A stretch of 64,000 nt of DNA from an uncultured Chloroflexia bacterium. Its GTDB lineage: Bacteria; Chloroflexota; Limnocylindria; Limnocylindrales; CSP1-4. The DNA lies in contig CAWEZH010000003.1 in assembly GCA_963813535.1 (NCBI GenBank), forward strand, positions 512,001-576,000. Reading direction: 5' to 3'. The translations under genes were made by a program, and so were the position numbers. The notes below the pieces were generated by a model. It searched no databases, was not told the origin of the DNA, and worked only from the letters and a program-made list of their open reading frames with translations. Of this stretch, positions 58,519 to 64,000 are shown piece after piece; positions within the stretch are counted from its first letter, which is position 1, and each line of letters starts with the position of its first letter.

Positions 58519-58980
58519 CTACGAGGACCGCGCGAGGGTCTCGACGGACTGGCGGAAGGCCGCGAGGACCGTGTCGGCCAGCTCGTTCGGAGGCATCGTC
58601 GCGGCGCGCGCCGGCTCGAAGCGGAACGCCGCCCGCACGGCCAGCGGCGCGCGCCAGGTCCGCTCCGGGTCCTCGGGCGGGACCAGCATCCCGACCCGCA
58701 TCTGCAGCCGGCCGTCGTCCTCGAGGATCAAGCCGGACAGTGCTCCGGCCATGGCCGGCCCGAGACGTCCGAGGGGTGGATCGGGAGGCGGGCCGGCGAT
58801 CGGGGCCACGTCGCGGAAGCTGATGACACCGTCGTCGTCGGTCACCCACATGAGCGCCATCCACCAGCCGTCGGGGGCTTCGGACGGGCGCGCCATGCCG
58901 GCGCGCAGGGCAGTGTCGCCGACGCGGACCTCGTGCTCGCGCAGGAACGACGGTCCAGGGGGAGGAAGACGATCTGGCAC
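58519..58980 (-). CDS. Hypothetical protein
   Basis: 153 aa ORF with TAGACT 7 nt upstream of the GTG; co-directional with neighbours. Confidence 0.7.
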   Translation of the reverse strand: MPDRLPPPGPSFLREHEVRVGDTALRAGMARPSEAPDGWWMALMWVTDDDGVISFRDVAPIAGPPPDPPLGRLGPAMAGALSGLILEDDGRLQMRVGMLVPPEDPERTWRAPLAVRAAFRFEPARAATMPPNELADTVLAAFRQSVETLARSS

Positions 58981-59007
58981 GGCCGCAAGTCTACGCGGCC
59001 GCTGGGA

Positions 59008-59544
59008 TCAGACCGGTTGGCGGTCCCCGTCGGAGCTCGTATCGCCATCGAGCGCCTTGTCGACCTCGTCGAGCTCGGCGCTGACGGCGGCGATCTGCTC
59101 GACGACGACGTCGGCTGCGGCCGCGTCTTCCGGTGTCGTCCCTGGCGCGTGGCCCTCCACGGCGGCGTCGGCCAGCAACGCGTCAGCCTCGGCCTGGAGG
59201 TTGGCGACCTCGGCCTCGAGCTCGAGCCGGAGCATCTCGCGGCGGACATCGAGATCGGGCAGCGCAAGCGCGCCGGCCTCGACGGGTGTCAGCCGCTCAT
59301 CCCCGTAGTCGCCGCTGATCCATGAAAGCAGCCGGCTCCGTGGTCGCGCCACCGGCGCCTTCGAGCGCACGATGGCGGCCGGATCGATCGAGGTCAGACC
59401 TGGCAGCGCCGGGTCGGTTCCCGGATCGACGGCCAGAGCCGCCCCGCAAGATGGGCAGGTTTCGGGGTCACCGGTGTACTGCGCCGAGCACCACGGGCAG
59501 ATGGAACCCGATAGCTCGGCCGCCGCGCTCGAGTCGTCGACCAT
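59008..59544 (-). CDS. Zinc-ribbon hypothetical protein with coiled-coil C-terminus
   Basis: CPWC...CPSC; VRREMLRLELEAEVANLQAE. Confidence 0.75.
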   Translation of the reverse strand: MVDDSSAAAELSGSICPWCSAQYTGDPETCPSCGAALAVDPGTDPALPGLTSIDPAAIVRSKAPVARPRSRLLSWISGDYGDERLTPVEAGALALPDLDVRREMLRLELEAEVANLQAEADALLADAAVEGHAPGTTPEDAAAADVVVEQIAAVSAELDEVDKALDGDTSSDGDRQPV

Positions 59545-59622
59545 GGATGGAATGCTACCCCGCGCTCAACGCGCCGGAATACCCCATCGGTCCGGGGTGC
59601 GCGCGGTACCACGCTGGAGCTG

Positions 59623-61377
59623 TCATTCCCATTCGATGGTCGCGGGTGGCTTGGACGAGATGTCGTACACGACGCGGTTGACCCCCGGGACCTCGTTGAC
59701 GATGCGGCTGCTGATCTTCGCCAACACGTCGTAGGGCAGCTTCGCCCAGTCGGCGGTCATGCCGTCCTCCGATGTGACCGCTCGGACCGCGACGACATTG
59801 GCGTATGTCCGGCCGTCGCCCATGACGCCGACCGAGCGAACGGGCGTGAGGATGGCAAAGCTCTGCCACAGGCTCCGGTAGAGGTTCGCCGCCTTGATCT
59901 CGTCGATGACGATCCAGTCGGCCTCACGCAGCGTGTCGAGTCGTTCGGCCGTGACCTCGCCGATGATCCGGATCGCCAGACCCGGCCCCGGGAAGGGCTG
60001 TCGCAGCACCATCGCCTCAGGCAATCCGAGCTCGAGCCCCACCTTGCGCACCTCGTCCTTGAACAGATAGCGCAGCGGCTCGATGAGCTGGAAGCGGAGG
60101 TCCGCCGGCAGCCCGCCGACGTTGTGATGCGTCTTGATCTTCTGGGCTGCCTTCGTCTCGGACGTCGCGCTCTCGATGACGTCGGGATACAGCGTCCCCT
60201 GCGTCAGGAAGTCGATGCGACCGAGCTTGGTCGCCTCCTCCTCGAAGACACGGATGAACTCGTCCCCGATGATCTTCCGCTTCTGCTCCGGGTCCTCGAC
60301 GCCGGCGAGTCGGGCGAGGAACCGCTCGCGCGCGTCGACCATCATGAGCTGCATCCCGAGATCGCGCTCGAACGTGACCCGCAGCAGCTCGGATTCCTTC
60401 TTGCGCATCAGGCCGTGATCGACATAGATACAGGTCAGGCGGTCGCCGACCGCACGGTGGACCAGGGCGGCCGCCACGGCCGAATCGACACCCCCCGAGA
60501 GGGCGCAGATGACCTTCCCGTCGGAGCCGGTCGCGCGAGCGTGCCCGTCGACCCGCTCGCGGATGCCGGTGACCGTCGTCTCGATGAAGTTGGCGGCCGT
60601 CCACGACGGCTCGATGCCGGCGATGCCCTGGATGAAGTTGCGCAGGACATCCTTGCCACGCGGGGTGTGCGCGACCTCCGGATGGAACTGGATGCCGTAC
60701 AGGTTCCGGTCCGGGGCCTCCAGGCCGGCAAAGGGTGTCGAGTCCGTCTGGGCGGTCGAGACGAAGCCCTCCGGCAGACGCGTGATCGAGTCGCCGTGGC
60801 TCATCCACACTGGTTGCTCGCGGTCCAGCCCGGTGAACAGGCCGTCGTTCGTATCGAGCTGGACGCTGGCCGGTCCGTACTCGCGTTTCCCGGTCGCAAG
60901 CACGTCGCCACCGAGCTCACGCGCCATCAACTGCGCGCCGTAGCAGATGCCGAGGACCGGGATCCGGCCGCTCCAGACCGCCGGGTCGGGCTTGGGCGCC
61001 GCGTCGTCGTAGACCGAATTCGGGCCGCCCGACAGGATGATGGCCCGGGTCCCACGTCGCTCCAGGTCGGCGTACGGCGTGTCGTGGGGCAACAGCTCGG
61101 AATAGACGTCGAGCTCGCGGACGCGCCGAGCGATCAGTTGGGCGAACTGGCTGCCGAAGTCGAGGACGACGACCGGGCCGTTCGATGTCGAAGCGGCGTC
61201 CCCGGAGGCGCGATCCGGTGCCGGCGCATGCAGCGCGGTCTCGAGATAGGCCTCGACTTCCGCATCGTCCGGGGCGAGGACGCGATGCCCGGCGTTGGCC
61301 GGCTCGCCGTGCACGGTCTTGCCGCGCTCGCGCTCGGGCGAGATCCGGGTTGACCCCTCGGTGTCCGCCAATGCCAC
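59623..61377 (-). CDS. guaA: GMP synthase (glutamine-hydrolysing)
   Basis: [49 protein letters not shown]; start uncertain (GTG 61377 or 61314). Confidence 0.97.
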   Translation of the reverse strand: MALADTEGSTRISPERERGKTVHGEPANAGHRVLAPDDAEVEAYLETALHAPAPDRASGDAASTSNGPVVVLDFGSQFAQLIARRVRELDVYSELLPHDTPYADLERRGTRAIILSGGPNSVYDDAAPKPDPAVWSGRIPVLGICYGAQLMARELGGDVLATGKREYGPASVQLDTNDGLFTGLDREQPVWMSHGDSITRLPEGFVSTAQTDSTPFAGLEAPDRNLYGIQFHPEVAHTPRGKDVLRNFIQGIAGIEPSWTAANFIETTVTGIRERVDGHARATGSDGKVICALSGGVDSAVAAALVHRAVGDRLTCIYVDHGLMRKKESELLRVTFERDLGMQLMMVDARERFLARLAGVEDPEQKRKIIGDEFIRVFEEEATKLGRIDFLTQGTLYPDVIESATSETKAAQKIKTHHNVGGLPADLRFQLIEPLRYLFKDEVRKVGLELGLPEAMVLRQPFPGPGLAIRIIGEVTAERLDTLREADWIVIDEIKAANLYRSLWQSFAILTPVRSVGVMGDGRTYANVVAVRAVTSEDGMTADWAKLPYDVLAKISSRIVNEVPGVNRVVYDISSKPPATIEWE

Positions 61378-61499
61378 CCTCCGCTCCGCCACCCGCTGCG
61401 TGCAGTGTACCGACCGCGGTGCCACCACCGCGGCGTTCGAGCGGGCGACCCCGTGCTGCCACGGTAGGCGCGCCACGGCCCGAGTCACAGGATCGTGGC

Positions 61500-61880
61500 A
61501 TGGACCGACCCACCGTCCTCATCGTCGACGACCATGACGGGTTCCGGGCTCACGCCCGAGCCCTGCTGGCAGATGCCGGCTTCGACGTGGTCGCCGAGGC
61601 TGCGGACGGACACGCAGCCCGCGAGCTGGCTGGGCGGTTCGACCCCATGATCGTCCTGCTGGACGTCCAGCTGCCGGACATCGACGGCTTCGCGATCGCG
61701 CGCGAACTCGCCGATGGACAGTCGTCAGCGGCCGTCGTCCTGGTGTCGACCCGGGACGCGTCCGACTACGGCCGGCGGCTTGCCGCGAGCGGAGCGATCG
61801 GGTTCATCTCGAAATCCCGACTATCGGGAGATACGCTGCGGGCGATCCTCCGCGAGTCGGCCAAGGAGGGACCACGATGA
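61500..61880 (+). CDS. Stand-alone response regulator receiver (NarL-type REC, no DNA-binding domain)
   Basis: [27 protein letters not shown]; 126 aa. Confidence 0.9.
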   Translation: MDRPTVLIVDDHDGFRAHARALLADAGFDVVAEAADGHAARELAGRFDPMIVLLDVQLPDIDGFAIARELADGQSSAAVVLVSTRDASDYGRRLAASGAIGFISKSRLSGDTLRAILRESAKEGPR

Positions 61881-62419
61881 TCCGTGTACGGGACAAGGGA
61901 TTCGCGACCTGGGCGCTCGTCGTCGCGACGATCGCACTCGTAGGCTGCAGTGCCGGCACGCCGGCAACGGGCGCGTCGGCATCCGCCACAGGGGCGCCGA
62001 ATGGGTCGGCGCTGGCGCTGCCGAGCGGGTTCCCGATCGGTACCTGGACGACCACCATCACGGCAGAGGACCTGGAAGCGGTCAGCGACGAGGCCCTGGC
62101 AGTGATCGGCATGTCGCGAGACAACCTCGTCAAAGAGAACGCGGGCGTCTTCACGACCACGTTCGCCGCCGATGGCACCTGGTCCACCGTCCAGGACACC
62201 GACCGGGAAACCAAGTGGCCGGTCTTCCGCGGGACGTTCATCCCGGTCGGTGCCGACGCGATCGACCAGGTGACGACATTCCCACCGGACTTTGCCGGCG
62301 ACGTCGTCCGCTTCACATGGCGGACCGAGGACGGGCGACTCATCCTCGCGGTGCCGGAACCGCCGGACCCGGTCCTGCCGGTCGTGACCGAAGCACACCC
62401 GTGGTCACCGGCCACGTGA
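61877..62419 (+). CDS. Hypothetical lipoprotein
   Basis: Lipobox LVGC, Ser/Ala/Thr linker, beta-rich domain (GTWTTT..GTW..FRGTF). Confidence 0.75.
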   Translation: MIRVRDKGFATWALVVATIALVGCSAGTPATGASASATGAPNGSALALPSGFPIGTWTTTITAEDLEAVSDEALAVIGMSRDNLVKENAGVFTTTFAADGTWSTVQDTDRETKWPVFRGTFIPVGADAIDQVTTFPPDFAGDVVRFTWRTEDGRLILAVPEPPDPVLPVVTEAHPWSPAT

Positions 62420-62429
62420 CGGTCGGCGC

Positions 62430-64000
62430 ATGACCGTCGAGCTGGCACGGGCGGGACCGCGGGTCCCGCCCGTCGCACGGCCGATCATCCTCGCCGTGGG
62501 GATCGCCTGGGCGCTCGTCGCCGAGGCGATCCGCCTCACCGGCGGCTGGTCGGTCATCTGGGTGCTCGGCGACCTGCTACCCGGTCTCGCCTTCCTGGCC
62601 TGCGGTTACGTCGCCTGGACGCGCGCACCGGGAAATCGCATCGGTCCCTTGATGATCGCCGTCGGGTACGCGTGGTACGCGGGAACGGCCTCCGCGTCCG
62701 GGATCGCAGGGGTCGATCGGCCGGCCCATGCGCTGCAGGGGTACTACGACGCATTCCTGGCGTGGCTCATCCTGGCCTACCCCACCGGACGACTCCAGTG
62801 GCGTGCGTCGCGCGCGGTGGTCGGCATGTTCCTGGCGGTGCTCGTGGTGCGCACCGTCTTCCGCTTCCTGGTCTTCCCCGTGACGGCCGATCTCGACGTG
62901 GCGGATCCCCTCGCCGTCGATCGATACGTCGCCCTCGTCAACCTCCGGGAGACCGGCGACACGCTGTTCCGGGTCCTCATCGCGATCCTCGCGGGGGCCG
63001 TCCTCGTCCTCACCGTCGCGCGCTGGCGCGCGGAGAGCACCGCCGGTCGCGCCGTCGCCGGTCCCATCCTCCTTGGCGGAGTCGGTTTCGCGGTCGGGAT
63101 CGTCGTCGAGACGATGGCCTACCTCGGGTCGGGTGACTTCGCCGAGCGCTCGTTCGCCTGGGAGATCGGCAACTGGCTGACCATCGTCACGGTGTCGACC
63201 ATCCCGGTGGCGTTCCTGGTCGGCCTGGGCCAGGACCGCATCGCCCGCGGTCGCGTCGCGGATCTGGTCGTGGGCCTGGGCGGACCCGGCCCGGCGCACG
63301 ACGATCTGCAGACCACGCTGGCACGGACGCTCGGGGACCCGACCCTGGTCGTCGCATACCCGATCCCGGGGACGGATCGGTTCGTCGACGTCACGGGCCG
63401 ACCCGTGACGCTTCCGCAGCACGACGACGACCGCGCGATCACCACCGTCGACCGGGCTGGCCGGTCCATCGCCGCGCTCATCCACGACCCGGCGCTCAGC
63501 CAACGCCCGGAGCTGATGACCTCGGTCGCCGCGGCGACCGGTCTCGCCCTCGAGAACGAGCAGCTCCAGGCCGAGCTTCGTGTCCAGCTCGATGCCGTCC
63601 AGGCGTCGCGGGCCCGGATCGTCGCTGCCGGCGACGCCGAGCGGCGGCGCGTCGAGCGCGACCTCCACGACGGCGCCCAGCAGCGATTCGTGACCCTCGC
63701 CCTCGCACTCCAGCTGGCCCGAGCGCGGCTCGATGACGATGCGACGGATGTGGCCGAGATGCTGGATCGGGCCGGGACCGAGCTGGAGCGAGGCCTCGCC
63801 GAGTTGCGCGAGCTCGCTCGCGGGATCCATCCGACGGTCCTGACCGAGGATGGCCTGGCCGCGGCCGTCGGCGCGCTCGCGGAACGGTCGGTCGCGCCGG
63901 TATCGATGGACGTGCTCGATCGACGGTTCGATCCACAGGTCGAATTCGACCGCCTACTACGTCGTCGCCGAGGCGCTGACGAACGTCGCGAAGTACGCCC
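62430..64000 (+). CDS. Multi-TM sensor histidine kinase (HisKA_3), runs off the window; apparent +1 frameshift near 63945
   Basis: Manual translation MTVELARAGP..., GNRIGPLM, ERRRVERDLHDGAQQR, ELRELARGIHP; N-box STAYYVVAEALTNVAKYA lies in the +1 frame after GAA-T. Confidence 0.9.
   Translation, partial: MTVELARAGPRVPPVARPIILAVGIAWALVAEAIRLTGGWSVIWVLGDLLPGLAFLACGYVAWTRAPGNRIGPLMIAVGYAWYAGTASASGIAGVDRPAHALQGYYDAFLAWLILAYPTGRLQWRASRAVVGMFLAVLVVRTVFRFLVFPVTADLDVADPLAVDRYVALVNLRETGDTLFRVLIAILAGAVLVLTVARWRAESTAGRAVAGPILLGGVGFAVGIVVETMAYLGSGDFAERSFAWEIGNWLTIVTVSTIPVAFLVGLGQDRIARGRVADLVVGLGGPGPAHDDLQTTLARTLGDPTLVVAYPIPGTDRFVDVTGRPVTLPQHDDDRAITTVDRAGRSIAALIHDPALSQRPELMTSVAAATGLALENEQLQAELRVQLDAVQASRARIVAAGDAERRRVERDLHDGAQQRFVTLALALQLARARLDDDATDVAEMLDRAGTELERGLAELRELARGIHPTVLTEDGLAAAVGALAERSVAPVSMDVLDRRFDPQVEFDRLLRRRRGADERREVR

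Overview
A 64-kb, very GC-rich, gene-dense bacterial chromosomal segment. Gene content and protein style suggest a monoderm, probably Chloroflexota (Limnocylindria-like); this is inference only. I found no rRNA, tRNA, CRISPR array, transposase or phage gene. Left arm (1-10.3 kb): partial DesK-like kinase, DUF6790 and DUF4287/DUF5655 genes, a cytochrome P450 with a LacI-type operator, an LCP protein, and a PPIase-mazG-rph-rdgB-LOG operon. Centre (10.4-47.7 kb): a ~37-kb surface-glycan locus. It encodes a complete nonulosonic (pseudaminic-type) acid pathway whose first two enzymes resemble the Bacillus Pen/Pal pair, a candidate nonulosonate transferase, two SAM methyltransferases, about eight further glycosyltransferases (WsaF-like, CgeB-like, GT4, GT2), wzm/wzt, wecB, a UDP-HexNAc dehydrogenase and rmlABDC. 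Embedded in it are two secreted proteins with triple FlgD-Ig-like tails: a GH18 hydrolase and a putative clan CD (caspase/gingipain-fold) cysteine peptidase. Right arm: mreBC with no adjacent mreD, ZIP, radC, a CPBP protease, three zinc-ribbon proteins around a UPF0182 gene, guaA, and a receiver-lipoprotein-kinase module. Six or seven genes carry apparent +1 frameshifts, most likely assembly indels, which create false fusions in the ORF track. Many genes appear leaderless, with a TANNNT box 7-10 nt before the start codon. All family assignments come from motif recognition by eye, not from database searches.
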